The position numbers were made by a program, and so were the translations under genes. The notes under the pieces are model-generated. The model did not search any database, was not told the DNA's origin, and saw only the letters and a program-made list of their open reading frames with translations. DNA of 64,000 nucleotides. Origin: a virus. Its lineage: Duplodnaviria; Heunggongvirae; Uroviricota; Caudoviricetes. Of this stretch, positions 44,691-54,878 are shown piece after piece (position 1 is the stretch's first letter; every line of letters starts with the position of its first letter). The DNA lies in the IMG/VR virus record IMGVR_UViG_3300028653_000011. One strand, 5' to 3'.

Positions 44691-45329
44691 TCATACCCCG
44701 CTCCACAACCAATGTTTCTGCTCCCACAGCCATTCGCCAATGCCCTGGCGATCTCGCAGCTTCATCCAGTCGTCCCTGTGTTCGATGAAGTCCGCATACG
44801 TCATGTCGTCCATCGACTTGCCCGTGGTGATCGTGTCGGGGTTCGCACCCACCCGAATCAGGCCCGAGCCAAAGTCCCAATCGGCGGTGACCATGTCGAG
44901 GTCACCGCGCTGGCGCAGCTCGGCGAAGACGCGCCATGCCGAGCCACACTTGACGTTGAGCAGGCTCTCGTGCTGTGCCGTCGGTGGGCTACAGTCATGG
45001 AGGATCAGGGTACCTCCGGGGGCCAAGCACGCCAGCGCATTCACTGCATCGCTCATCGCCTGTGCGTGGCGGTGATCACCGTCGATGAACACCGCATCGA
45101 ACTTGTCGGTGTTCTGCGCGAAGAAGGCGTCCGACGTCATCCGGTGGGTGCCGCCCTCGATCATGTCAACGCCGACCTTGCGGGCACACTTGACAGCGTC
45201 GAAGGTCTCATTCTTGCGGCAACCGATCTCGAGGTAGCTGGCGTGCTCAAAGAAGTCAACGACCAGCACGATGAGGTCGGTGCGGTTGCGGCACGCGTCG
45301 GCGCGGGTGAACAATTGATCGTAGATCAC
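44691..45329 (-). CDS. Class I SAM methyltransferase (Methyltransf_24-like)
   Basis: YLEIGC, FIDGDH, LHDC. Confidence 0.85.
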   Translation of the reverse strand: MIYDQLFTRADACRNRTDLIVLVVDFFEHASYLEIGCRKNETFDAVKCARKVGVDMIEGGTHRMTSDAFFAQNTDKFDAVFIDGDHRHAQAMSDAVNALACLAPGGTLILHDCSPPTAQHESLLNVKCGSAWRVFAELRQRGDLDMVTADWDFGSGLIRVGANPDTITTGKSMDDMTYADFIEHRDDWMKLRDRQGIGEWLWEQKHWLWSGV

Positions 45330-46039
45330 GGCGGCGCGCTCGCTTGTTGTGCCGCCCACAGTGCCTTCAACTTGGCATTGTCAGTGGCAATGGCCTGTAG
45401 CAGTTCGGGTTGCCTCCACATGCCCTTCGTCGTGGGCCACCACTGCTTCGCCTCCATGCTGGTCTTGTCACCCGCGGCGATCAGCTCCAGTCCCACGTGC
45501 TTGACGGTGATCGCCGAGTCGCGGAAGACCTGAGGCAGGTCCTTGAGCACCTCAATGACGTAGGTGTCGTTGTGGGCCGACAGCGAGAAGTGGCCCAATG
45601 CCTCCCAGTACGAGCGGTGGACGATCGGGAATAGGTAGCTGTCGCGGCCCCGCGAGTCGACGAGGCCCGACTTGACGTAGCACAGCCTGCCGTCGTCGTG
45701 TTTGGCCAGCTCGGCGTCCCAAGCCGGTGTCAGCATCAGCGCATCGTCGTTCCACAGGAACAAGAAGCGTCCCTGTGCAATCTCACACAGGCGGTTGTAG
45801 TACAGGTGCAGGTCGGCGTAACCATTGCCCCTCGGGCCCACCACGACCGACACGTGAAACTTGCAGCGCACCGACCTGAGGCAATCAATCGTCGGCCGAT
45901 CATCATCGTCGGCCCTCACCAGCACCTCGACGTCGGCCGCATTGGTGACGGTCTGCTCCAACGACGCCAACGACGCCTTGAGCTGGTCAACGCGGCCGCG
46001 ACTGGGCAGCATCACTGACACCAGGCGGGTGCCGCTCAC
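45326..46039 (-). CDS. GT2 glycosyltransferase
   Basis: VSVMLPSRGR and FLWNDDA. Confidence 0.8.
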   Translation of the reverse strand: MSGTRLVSVMLPSRGRVDQLKASLASLEQTVTNAADVEVLVRADDDDRPTIDCLRSVRCKFHVSVVVGPRGNGYADLHLYYNRLCEIAQGRFLFLWNDDALMLTPAWDAELAKHDDGRLCYVKSGLVDSRGRDSYLFPIVHRSYWEALGHFSLSAHNDTYVIEVLKDLPQVFRDSAITVKHVGLELIAAGDKTSMEAKQWWPTTKGMWRQPELLQAIATDNAKLKALWAAQQASAPP

Positions 46040-47310
46040 TTGGGGCCCTCACCCAACCTGATGACGGTGACACCCGGTCGATCGGACACGTAGCGGTGTG
46101 GGTCGATGACGGTGCTGTCCGGTGGATAGGGCCAGTCGGCGAAGACCTGGTGGCGAGTGCCGATGAAGTAGACGCCAGCGTCGGTGATGGGTGCGGCACC
46201 GTCGACGATGGGATCGACCATGGTGACGTGGACGCCGCGCTCGCGCAATACGCTCTGGAGCAGGCGAGAGGGGCTGCCTGTCACCAGGTTTGTCTCGGGC
46301 TTGAAGGCCTTGCCCATGATGTAGACGGGTGCCGAATTGAGGTGCCCGGCATTGAAGTCGGCGATCGCCTCCTCGACCAGGTCGGCGAACCAATCGGTCT
46401 GCTTCTCACGCGACAGCATGACGGCCTCGAAGAAGTCGAAGCCCATGTCGACCCTGCGGGCCAACCACGACAGGGCGATGTTGTCGCGCGGGTGGCAGCC
46501 CCCGCCGTCGCCCATGCCCGCTGTCATGTAGCGTGGACTGATCAGGCGTTCGTCGGCCAGTTTCAAGGCGTCGGTGACGGCGTCGACGTCGCAGCCCGTC
46601 TTGTGACACACCTCCATCAGGGTGTTGACGAAGGCCAGCTTGGTGCTGATGAAGGTGTTGTAGGCGACCTTGATCATCTCGGCGTTGTTGATCGTCGTCC
46701 GGTAGAAGGGCCGCTGGTGGATCGTCTTGTAGAACTGCTCGGCGAGCTGTGCGGTGTTGGGGTCATCGACGCCGAAGAGGACGAACTCCGGGTGAGTGAA
46801 GTCGTAGATCGTCGTGCCCATCGCGATGAAGGCGGGATTATAGCATAGCTTGATACCAGGATCAAGGAGTGGCCTGATTTCCCGCTCGATAGTACCAGGT
46901 AGAACGGTTGAGATGATGACGACGTTAGCCTCGGCCTTATGTCCATAAAGGCGATTGGTGTTGAGTGTGTTTGAGATCAGTTTCACCGCCTCCTTGAGGT
47001 AGGAGTAGTCGAAGTCAACTCGCTTGTGGGGCAACCGGGTGATGCCCTCATACTTAGCATGATGCGGCGTCTGTACCGCGACAAAGATGAGATCGCATTC
47101 GTTGATGAGGTCGCTCACACCGACCAATCTGATGTTGGTCTTATCAAGTAACGCCTGCGCACCTACCTCATGATAGGGCAATTTGCGGGTGTTGAGGGTG
47201 GTGACTGTCTGTTCCCCCGGATCATAGCCCATTACCGTATGACCAAGTTGCTCCATCGCAAGAGCACAAGGCAGACCCAACTTACCCAGTCCCATCCAAC
47301 CGATTTTCAT
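46036..47310 (-). CDS. UDP-glucose/GDP-mannose dehydrogenase family
   Basis: GLGKLG, VQTP, STVLPG, GGGCHPRD, GKAFKP. Confidence 0.92.
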   Translation of the reverse strand: MKIGWMGLGKLGLPCALAMEQLGHTVMGYDPGEQTVTTLNTRKLPYHEVGAQALLDKTNIRLVGVSDLINECDLIFVAVQTPHHAKYEGITRLPHKRVDFDYSYLKEAVKLISNTLNTNRLYGHKAEANVVIISTVLPGTIEREIRPLLDPGIKLCYNPAFIAMGTTIYDFTHPEFVLFGVDDPNTAQLAEQFYKTIHQRPFYRTTINNAEMIKVAYNTFISTKLAFVNTLMEVCHKTGCDVDAVTDALKLADERLISPRYMTAGMGDGGGCHPRDNIALSWLARRVDMGFDFFEAVMLSREKQTDWFADLVEEAIADFNAGHLNSAPVYIMGKAFKPETNLVTGSPSRLLQSVLRERGVHVTMVDPIVDGAAPITDAGVYFIGTRHQVFADWPYPPDSTVIDPHRYVSDRPGVTVIRLGEGPK

Positions 47311-47446
47311 TGAGACCTCACGTTATCATAGTAAACCGAGCACGATGACGTGGATTCTACGTACATTCCGCCATACATAATCTCATGCTCAAGGCACAGC
47401 TACTTCCGATCGTCGAACAGCAATAGGATTGTTGATCTACGTGTGG

Positions 47447-48250
47447 TTAATACGACTGTTCAAGATCTACTAACTCATTCATCATCTCAACCATCGATGG
47501 AACATTGAGTTTCGCGTTGAGCGATTTGACAGTGACCAGCGATCGATCACACTTGACCGGCGTTATAGTTGGGATAATCGTCAAACCCAAGTCCCACGCC
47601 TCATTGATGAGGCAGATCAGATCGTGCTTAGTGATGACGTGTGGCGCATGAACGTGGAAGGTGCCGGGTTGGTAAAGGTCACCCACAATAATATCACGGA
47701 ACGCTCGCGCCAACACCCGCGTCGTCACACCGTTCCAGACGTGGTTAGTGTAACCCTCAATTGTTTGCCCACGTTGTGACATGACCCACTCGAGCAACGA
47801 CAACTTGCCACGTAGCTCGTGACCAATGATGCTGGTGCGAATGACCATTGCATTGCGGGGTTCGCCGCACGCCTTTGAGAGTCCGTAATCATCTTCTGCA
47901 TCAGGGGTGTCGTTTTCGCTGTAGCCTCCGACTCGACCCGAAAAGACGCAGTCCGACGTCACGTGGATCAACTTGGCACCTACGTGCGTACATTGGGCCT
48001 GCAATAACCATGGAAAGATGGCATTGACCATGAACATCTCGCGGCGAGGGGCGAACTTGTTCTGCTTGATGATGCCGATGCAGTTGATGACGTAATCGAC
48101 ATCATGAATCATGTCCAAGGTAGGTTCCAGGGCGTTGAGTTGACTACGTCGGACAGCTTTCACTTCAAGCGTAAGTTCGCGCGACAATACTTCGACCACG
48201 GTGTGGCCCAACATGCCGGTGTTGCCCAGGACGATGACCCGGATCGTCAC
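47447..48250 (-). CDS. RmlD-like NDP-4-keto-sugar reductase
   Basis: GNTGMLG, SDCVFSG, YGLSKACGE, RTSIIG. Confidence 0.88.
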   Translation of the reverse strand: MTIRVIVLGNTGMLGHTVVEVLSRELTLEVKAVRRSQLNALEPTLDMIHDVDYVINCIGIIKQNKFAPRREMFMVNAIFPWLLQAQCTHVGAKLIHVTSDCVFSGRVGGYSENDTPDAEDDYGLSKACGEPRNAMVIRTSIIGHELRGKLSLLEWVMSQRGQTIEGYTNHVWNGVTTRVLARAFRDIIVGDLYQPGTFHVHAPHVITKHDLICLINEAWDLGLTIIPTITPVKCDRSLVTVKSLNAKLNVPSMVEMMNELVDLEQSY

Positions 48251-49185
48251 GTGGCACCCAAGACTTCGTGGATCACTCGTGGCACTGACATCCAACCCTC
48301 AGCAGACCGTATCACATCGACAGACGTATGTGCAATATCATCGGCTTCGGTGCAGCTCAGTGACGCAATCCGGTTAATTGATGCGACAGCACTATCAACG
48401 GTAGTGAAAGGTACGATCAACGGAATCCTGCCGATGCCCCACAGGGACCCCTCGTCGTCGGCCTCGCGCATTGAAAAACACCCGCGCGCGGCGACTTCAA
48501 TGTCGCGTTGCCACAGTGCGTTGTAGTCGGTGACCCGGCATTGACCATGGCCCGCGTCGATGAGCCAATCGATCTTATCACACCTAATGACCAGCCGCGA
48601 CGATGATAGTAGCTCCAAGTAGCGCGCGAACGTCGGTTGCACGGGCACTACTTCAACGTTGATGCCGCGCTGTTTCAATGCATCAAAGAAGGTCACGCGA
48701 CGGGGGTACAGGGTACCGCAAAAGATCGCTTTGTGCGCACGCTGTGACCAAGGTGCCGGCGGCGTGCAATACTTGGGCAGCGTCCACACCTGAATGAACC
48801 GCGATGGGATGCCCGCTGACCGTACCAGAGCCGCCCACCAGTGTGACATGTTGAGAAACGTCAGGGGTGATAGGCACGCGTTGATCTTGGCGTAGGAGCC
48901 GAAGTACGGCGAGTCGACCAGGAAGTTCTCCCAAGTGTCTTGTTCGTAGATGAACGAGCGCGTGCCCCGTAGAGCAGACGAGACCGTTTGTAAGTTGTTG
49001 ACCAACGTCCTCAACCTCAAACGACTGATGACGGCGGAGCCGATGGGAATATCACCACGTTCGAGCTCGGCGAGCGTCAAGCGCTTGACATTGAACGACG
49101 CGTCGAGCACCTCCGTCAACTGGTGTTGGTAACAGTTGGTCGCTACGTAGTCGAGGTTGTCAACGATGTCGTACAGCTCAACCAC
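48247..49185 (-). CDS. Putative GT-B-like glycosyltransferase
   Basis: FCGTLYPRR and RDIEVAARG C-terminal GT-like pattern; operon context. Confidence 0.5.
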   Translation of the reverse strand: MVELYDIVDNLDYVATNCYQHQLTEVLDASFNVKRLTLAELERGDIPIGSAVISRLRLRTLVNNLQTVSSALRGTRSFIYEQDTWENFLVDSPYFGSYAKINACLSPLTFLNMSHWWAALVRSAGIPSRFIQVWTLPKYCTPPAPWSQRAHKAIFCGTLYPRRVTFFDALKQRGINVEVVPVQPTFARYLELLSSSRLVIRCDKIDWLIDAGHGQCRVTDYNALWQRDIEVAARGCFSMREADDEGSLWGIGRIPLIVPFTTVDSAVASINRIASLSCTEADDIAHTSVDVIRSAEGWMSVPRVIHEVLGAT

Positions 49186-49834
49186 GTTTGAACCTCACGC
49201 GCTCGATGTAGAGGGTACCCGTCTCATCCTTGATAAAGGCGCTGGGGTAGGGGTGCTCACGGCACCTGATGAAGTCGTAGAGCTGTTGGCACGTAAGATG
49301 CTGCAGGCGGTCATGGGTAAGTTCCCCGTCCTTGGGTTGCAAGCGTTTTCTGGGAGCTACGTAGCCCACCTGAGGGTGTTCTGCAACGGTGGGCCAGTCA
49401 CGGATCAGTTGGCCCAGCAGATCACACGTCACATACGTCAACCGAGCGAACACGTCGTCGAGGTGACCCTCCAACGACAATGGACACTTGTACAACACGG
49501 CTCCCCCGTCGAGCTGCGTCGCCGCCCGAAACAGTGTGGCTTGGGTCTCGGTCACCCCGTCGATGATTTGGTGTTGCAGCGGTGAGCCACCAGCGTAAGC
49601 AGGTAGGTCGGACGGGTGTACTACGACGACGTAGTGGTCGACGGTGTGTTGGGCAGGTACGATCCAGCTCCAACCCACTAGGGCGACGACGTCCCACGCC
49701 TCTTCACGTAGAGCAGCGTCGAGGGCCTTCGGAGATTCCACCAGCTCGATGTCAACCCCTCGCAAACGTTGCAGTTCGGTGTAGGCTGCATGGGCCCAAC
49801 TCCTGTATCCGGCGAACAACAGTTTCATCGTCAT
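49178..49834 (-). CDS. Formyltransferase (NDP-amino-sugar N-formyltransferase-like)
   Basis: HPSDLPAYAGGSPLQ, LDGG, FIRC-PYP. Confidence 0.85.
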   Translation of the reverse strand: MTMKLLFAGYRSWAHAAYTELQRLRGVDIELVESPKALDAALREEAWDVVALVGWSWIVPAQHTVDHYVVVVHPSDLPAYAGGSPLQHQIIDGVTETQATLFRAATQLDGGAVLYKCPLSLEGHLDDVFARLTYVTCDLLGQLIRDWPTVAEHPQVGYVAPRKRLQPKDGELTHDRLQHLTCQQLYDFIRCREHPYPSAFIKDETGTLYIERVRFKRG

Positions 49835-50526
49835 TCCTCAAACGGGTGATCGACGTACCACCATGCCGCATGGGTTGAGAAGTAAACGCTGTTGCCGGTG
49901 GCCAGCGCGTCGTAGGGCGTCGTCTTCCAACACAGGTGAGGGGCAAAAGTATCATTGACGTAGACGGTACTAGCTTCTAGCACCGGGGCGTAGGCCTCAT
50001 AGGTCAAGCCACAGGTGCCGCTGATCGTGGCCCAATTGTCACGTAGCCATGGCAGTGAATTATGAGTGTAGTTCCAGTCGCGGTGTGGAGCGACGCCGGT
50101 GACGTTGAAGAATTGGCGCAGTACGTTGGTCTCCCGTTGAATGACATCGAGGGGATTGAGGTCATTGATCGCCGCGAACTCAACACAGCTGGTGTGTAGA
50201 CCCACCTCAAAGCCGTCGCGTTGGGCATGCAGCAGGTGAGGCAGCACATGGTAGCTCAATGGGTTATACTCGTTGGCCGTCACCCGGACGTAGATCGTCG
50301 ACCGAGCGCCGGCGGCACGTTCAGCATCGAGGATGGGCCACAATGTCTTGGGCTTGAAGTCGAGATCATGGCGGAGTATCAACACCTGTTTGGTGGGACA
50401 CCCGGCACTTAGGAATTCTTGCACCGTCATGAAGGTATAGCCTTCGTACAAGGCGAGATCGAGGATCTCTCGATAGCGATTGATGGTGCGGTCAAACGGA
50501 GTGTTGGGTGTTGACAGACGGCCCAT
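49831..50526 (-). CDS. Polysaccharide deacetylase-like protein
   Basis: LRHDLD, EVGLH, STH-WW. Confidence 0.75.
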   Translation of the reverse strand: MGRLSTPNTPFDRTINRYREILDLALYEGYTFMTVQEFLSAGCPTKQVLILRHDLDFKPKTLWPILDAERAAGARSTIYVRVTANEYNPLSYHVLPHLLHAQRDGFEVGLHTSCVEFAAINDLNPLDVIQRETNVLRQFFNVTGVAPHRDWNYTHNSLPWLRDNWATISGTCGLTYEAYAPVLEASTVYVNDTFAPHLCWKTTPYDALATGNSVYFSTHAAWWYVDHPFEE

Positions 50527-50564
50527 TGCGTAATCTTACCCCTTCGACGCAGCGATGACACACC

Positions 50565-51293
50565 TCATGCCAGGCTCCTCATGTGCTGCTCGTACTTCGC
50601 CGTCGCCTCGCCGAACGCCACCTGAAACTCGGCGTCGCCATAGTTGAACCTGCGGTGCTGTGCAAAATCGGGTGCCGCCTTGGCCCCCAACAACGCGAAG
50701 GCCCTAGTGCGGTCGTGGTACCGCTGGTGGGCCTGCTTCACCTTGGCGATGGTGTCGTGCTGGCCCTTCAATGCCCGGTGCAGGCCGAAGTGAAAGGCCT
50801 GCTTGTCAGTCGCGTGGTAGCAGTGGAGGCCTGCCGGCGACAGCGATGCGGGGAGCTCGGCACCGCGTAGCAGCACGTCGTGGCCCGTGTCGACTTGGCG
50901 ATCGCAGTACAACTCGTCACGAGTGTCATTGAAGGTAACGCGGGGACTGAAGGCATTGAGGCCGTTGATGAGGCCGTCGGTCATGTAGTCGTGGAGCGGC
51001 GCCTGCAGGCCGGTGACGCGGGGGTTGGTGGCGAACAGCGCGTAGATGTTGGCCAGCGTGTGATTGGAGATGAGGACAGTGTCGGCATCGACCTTAACGA
51101 AGAGGTCGTGGTTGTCACGCGCTTCGCGCCAACCGTGCCACAGCGCGTTGTGGGCCTCCTTCTCGGCCATGTCGGCGCGGATCAGGTGGGTGACGACGAC
51201 GCCTTCCTGTTCCTGAATGCGAGCGACGCAGGCCTGAAAATCGCCCTCCTTGACGTACATGGTGCCGACGAAGATGCGGGGGAGCTGCATCAT
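50565..51293 (-). CDS. GT-A glycosyltransferase-like protein
   Basis: FVKVDADTV DxD motif. Confidence 0.65.
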   Translation of the reverse strand: MMQLPRIFVGTMYVKEGDFQACVARIQEQEGVVVTHLIRADMAEKEAHNALWHGWREARDNHDLFVKVDADTVLISNHTLANIYALFATNPRVTGLQAPLHDYMTDGLINGLNAFSPRVTFNDTRDELYCDRQVDTGHDVLLRGAELPASLSPAGLHCYHATDKQAFHFGLHRALKGQHDTIAKVKQAHQRYHDRTRAFALLGAKAAPDFAQHRRFNYGDAEFQVAFGEATAKYEQHMRSLA

Positions 51294-51814
51294 CTCGCGC
51301 GCCAATCGCTGTTGAGCATATACATCAACACGTGGTCGTGGTACTGCCCGTCGCGGTAGAGGCCCTGCGTCAGGCGGCCCTCTTCCTTGAAGCCCAGGCC
51401 CTGGTAGATGTGACGGGCGATGGTGTTGAATTCGGCCGTCGACAGGCCCACCCGGTGCAATTGCAGCTCGTCGAAGCACTTATCGAGCATCCGCGTCCAC
51501 ATGAATTTGGCATAGCCGCTACCTCGGCGAGAGGTGTGGATGTCGCCGCCCAACACGCAACAGCGGTTGTCGGTGTCAACGTCGTAGAACTTGGCGAGGC
51601 CCACCTTGGTGCCACCTACCTCGAAGATCATTCGCAATTGCGATGAATTGTTGCGGATTCCCTCCCACCAAAGGTAGTGTTGTGCCGCGGTGATGGGCCG
51701 CGGGTGGGTGACGTTGCGCAGGACCGCAGGATCATTGTGTAGCTCGATGAGCCATTCATGGTCACCGTCGACGATCGGGCGGAGCTGCATGTAATCAGGA
51801 ACTTGAACCTTCAT
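51290..51814 (-). CDS. GNAT N-acetyltransferase (PseH-like)
   Basis: RRGSGYAK and N-A-IYQGLGF-EG. Confidence 0.88.
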   Translation of the reverse strand: MKVQVPDYMQLRPIVDGDHEWLIELHNDPAVLRNVTHPRPITAAQHYLWWEGIRNNSSQLRMIFEVGGTKVGLAKFYDVDTDNRCCVLGGDIHTSRRGSGYAKFMWTRMLDKCFDELQLHRVGLSTAEFNTIARHIYQGLGFKEEGRLTQGLYRDGQYHDHVLMYMLNSDWRAR

Positions 51815-53025
51815 GTCGTCAGCTCCTTGACACGTTGGGCGATGTGACGAACATCGTCGCCGTCGAGCCACCAACCAACAGGCAGTGACAACTGGCGCGC
51901 GCTAAACTGGCGAACGCCTGGTAGCTCGGCCTTAAACGGCGCGAAGCAGGTGTAGGTGTCATTGGGTACGTGGACGACACCGGCGTGAATGCCCTCGGCA
52001 TTGAGGGCAGCCAACAGCTCATCACGTGACAATTTAGCCTCGGGAGCGACCAACACCGTGTAGACCCAAGCGCTGGTTATTGCACCGTCGTATTTTAGTG
52101 TGGGCCTGACGAGTGTGAAGTCGCTGAACAGGCTGTCGTACAGTCCCGCGTTGGCCCGGTGTGCGGCGACGAGGCGATCGATGTGAGGTAGCTGTGACAA
52201 ACCAATCGCGGCGGCGACGTTGTTCATGTTGAACTTGTATCCCGCCTCGACGATGTCGGCATCCCACTGTTGACCCCTCCAATTACCATTCTCATCCTTG
52301 GTCACGTCGCGGTCAAGACCGAACCACTTCATCGCTTTGGCGCGGCAAAAGTCAGTATTTGCATGTAAACGTGCATGATCCTCACTCCAACTACAAACTA
52401 GCGCGCCGCCGTCGCCTGTGGTGAAGTGCTTGATGGCTTGAAAGCTATAACAGGTGAAATCAGCCCAGGCCCATATGGGCATGTCGTGGTATTTGGCATC
52501 AAAAGCATGGGCGGCATCAAGAATGAGTTTAATTGACTGATCCGGCGGATCACTTGGAATACGATAATACAACTCACTGAGGTTAGGCGGCGAACCACCC
52601 CAGGCGACGGCCATGATGGCCTTCGTCTTACTGGTGATTTTCTGCTTGACGGAACACGGGTCGATCATACCGGTGTTGGGATCAATGTCTGCCCAAACGA
52701 TGTTGGCACCCAGGTTGATGATGGGGGTGTTGGTCGCCACACATGTCATCGGGGTGCTGATCACCTCGTCGCCTGGGCCCACTCCCGCCAACTTTAAGGC
52801 CATGGTGAGGGCGCTGGTGCAGCTGTTTGTTACACACAATCTCCCAAGAGTTTTTCTTGGGGAGTTGTTAATAACCAAATCCGTGTCCCATCGTCTTGAC
52901 AGGGCCTGCGTCAACTGCGTCACCTGCGCACCCTCATTGATGTAGCCCGACGCGAAGACCGTCGCAATCTCGGCCAGCGCGCTAGCGGCGGGTACGTGCA
53001 CTTTGAACAGCGGGTAATCCTTCAC
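51811..53025 (-). CDS. DegT/DnrJ/EryC1/StrS NDP-sugar aminotransferase
   Basis: NSCTSAL, DAAHAF, SFQAIKHFTTGDGG. Confidence 0.93.
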   Translation of the reverse strand: MKDYPLFKVHVPAASALAEIATVFASGYINEGAQVTQLTQALSRRWDTDLVINNSPRKTLGRLCVTNSCTSALTMALKLAGVGPGDEVISTPMTCVATNTPIINLGANIVWADIDPNTGMIDPCSVKQKITSKTKAIMAVAWGGSPPNLSELYYRIPSDPPDQSIKLILDAAHAFDAKYHDMPIWAWADFTCYSFQAIKHFTTGDGGALVCSWSEDHARLHANTDFCRAKAMKWFGLDRDVTKDENGNWRGQQWDADIVEAGYKFNMNNVAAAIGLSQLPHIDRLVAAHRANAGLYDSLFSDFTLVRPTLKYDGAITSAWVYTVLVAPEAKLSRDELLAALNAEGIHAGVVHVPNDTYTCFAPFKAELPGVRQFSARQLSLPVGWWLDGDDVRHIAQRVKELTT

Positions 53026-54047
53026 GTGCCCCTCTTGGTCATGATCTCCTCGACGTTGGGACCCTTGAAGCTGTCGAGCGGCATGCTGAAGATGCCCAGC
53101 TCGTCGAGCTTGGCCTCGAGCTGTGCCTTTGTCAGTACCGCGTCGTTGCTACTGTAGGTGAAGCGAGTGCCGCCGGCAGGCACGTGGGCGGGTCCAATGA
53201 CGTAGTGTGTCTGGCGGATGGGTCGCGTCCTGACCGACTCCGATTCGTTGACCAAGTCCTCGTGCAGCTTCTCGCCCGGGCGCAGGCCGATGACCTTGAT
53301 GGGCTTGTTGTAGCGGGAGGCAAAGAGGTCGGCGAGGTCGCCGATCCGCATTGCGGGGAGCCGTGGGATCCACGTGTCGCCGCTCTTACCCATGGCTAGC
53401 GCCGCCTCAATGAGGTCCACGCTCTGGTCTAGCGTCATCAGGTACCGCGTCATGTCGGGGTCGGTGATCGTCAACGCGGGGGCGTGTTCGGCCTGGTACT
53501 TGAACAGCGGGATGATGCTACCCCGCGACTCCAACACGTTGCCGTAGCGGGTGCACATGAACGCGGGCCCAGGCGACTGTGCGGCCTGACTGGTGATCAA
53601 GCGTTCCGACGTCGCCTTGCACATGCCGTAGACGTTGACGGGTGAACAGGCCTTGTCGGTGCTGACGAACAGCACGTTTTCGATGTTGGGTCGGATCAGG
53701 TTGTGGTCGCGGACGGCGCGGACAACGTGCTGCGTGCCCGTCAAGTTGGTGGCGACGCTCTCGTTCGGGCTCAACTCACAGGTGTCGACTTGCTTGAGTG
53801 CAGCGGCAATGATGATGGTGGTGGGCTCGACCTGATCGATGACCTCGCGGACACGAGCGGCATCGCGGATGTCACCGACCAAGAACCGCGGTTGGTTGAT
53901 GTTGGTGCAACCGTGAAATTCGTTGCGCAAAGCCCAGTGCTTCGCTTCGTCACGAGAATAGACGTAGACAAAGCGCTCAGGCGACCACCGCTCAATCAAC
54001 TTACGACCCAGCGATCCCGTGCCGCCGAAGATCAGGATCCTTGACAT
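53022..54047 (-). CDS. UDP-GlcNAc 4,6-dehydratase (PseB/FlaA1/CapD family)
   Basis: GGTGSLG, YSRDE-K, AALKQV, STDKA-PVNVYG-K, RYGNVLESRGS, RPGEKLHE. Confidence 0.92.
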   Translation of the reverse strand: MSRILIFGGTGSLGRKLIERWSPERFVYVYSRDEAKHWALRNEFHGCTNINQPRFLVGDIRDAARVREVIDQVEPTTIIIAAALKQVDTCELSPNESVATNLTGTQHVVRAVRDHNLIRPNIENVLFVSTDKACSPVNVYGMCKATSERLITSQAAQSPGPAFMCTRYGNVLESRGSIIPLFKYQAEHAPALTITDPDMTRYLMTLDQSVDLIEAALAMGKSGDTWIPRLPAMRIGDLADLFASRYNKPIKVIGLRPGEKLHEDLVNESESVRTRPIRQTHYVIGPAHVPAGGTRFTYSSNDAVLTKAQLEAKLDELGIFSMPLDSFKGPNVEEIMTKRGT

Positions 54048-54056
54048 GGCGGAATC

Positions 54057-54878
54057 CTACTTCACTCGATTGACAGTGTACTCGCTGCGTGGCGTGATGG
54101 ATGCATAGCGCGTCGATTGGTAACCCAACCGCTTCAACTCATCGGGTGACGACCATGAGCCCGTCGGAGTGCCCGAGCCGTACGGATTGAGGGGACAGTT
54201 GAAGATGCCCCCGTCGAGCAGGGCGATGTACGGGTACGGGTGCTGGTCGTGGTACAGGCGCTGAAAGTCGAGCTCGGTGAACTGTGGACGCTTGCGTAGC
54301 TCGGCGAAGGCCTCCAACATTGCCGGGTAGCGGTTGAGGGCGGGCAACTGCGTTAGGAAATTGGTGCGCCAGAAGCTGGCATCGAGGTGATCGTGGACGA
54401 CGCCGCGTCCCGTCACCTTGTTGGTGTGGGATTGCCACAGCGCCGACCGCGAGTCAGGCCGCGGGTGATCCTTGTCGTACAGGTGCATGTTGGCGACGGA
54501 ATACTCGTGCAACCGCACTGCACCCAGGTCCGGGTGGTGGTCGAGCAGTGCGACGGCATCGTGCACTCGCGGGAAAGCATAGTGTACCATGTCGCTCTCG
54601 ATGATGTAGGTGTAGTCGGGTGGAGTACCCTGCAATTGGTCGAGCCACCAGTCGATCGCGCTCCAATAACCCACGTTGCGGTTGGAGTAGAACACGTGGT
54701 CAAAGTTGGCGCGGAGCAGTTCACTGACACCCGGCACCGTCGACGCATTGTCAAAGACGGCTAGCCGTTCGCGTAGTTCAGGTGCCTGTTCCTGTAGGTT
54801 AGCGACGACCTGTCTAAGGATGTCAGCGCGGGCAGGTTCAAGGCAACACGTCACCAATAGGCATGCGACGGTGCCCAT
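54057..54878 (-). CDS. GT2-like glycosyltransferase
   Basis: VFDNAS, NVG, IIESD. Confidence 0.7.
   Translation of the reverse strand: MGTVACLLVTCCLEPARADILRQVVANLQEQAPELRERLAVFDNASTVPGVSELLRANFDHVFYSNRNVGYWSAIDWWLDQLQGTPPDYTYIIESDMVHYAFPRVHDAVALLDHHPDLGAVRLHEYSVANMHLYDKDHPRPDSRSALWQSHTNKVTGRGVVHDHLDASFWRTNFLTQLPALNRYPAMLEAFAELRKRPQFTELDFQRLYHDQHPYPYIALLDGGIFNCPLNPYGSGTPTGSWSSPDELKRLGYQSTRYASITPRSEYTVNRVK

Noticed and set aside
49178-49834. Methionyl-tRNA formyltransferase (fmt)
   Set aside because: Too short for the full C-terminal tRNA-binding domain and embedded in a sugar operon; sugar N-formyltransferase is more likely
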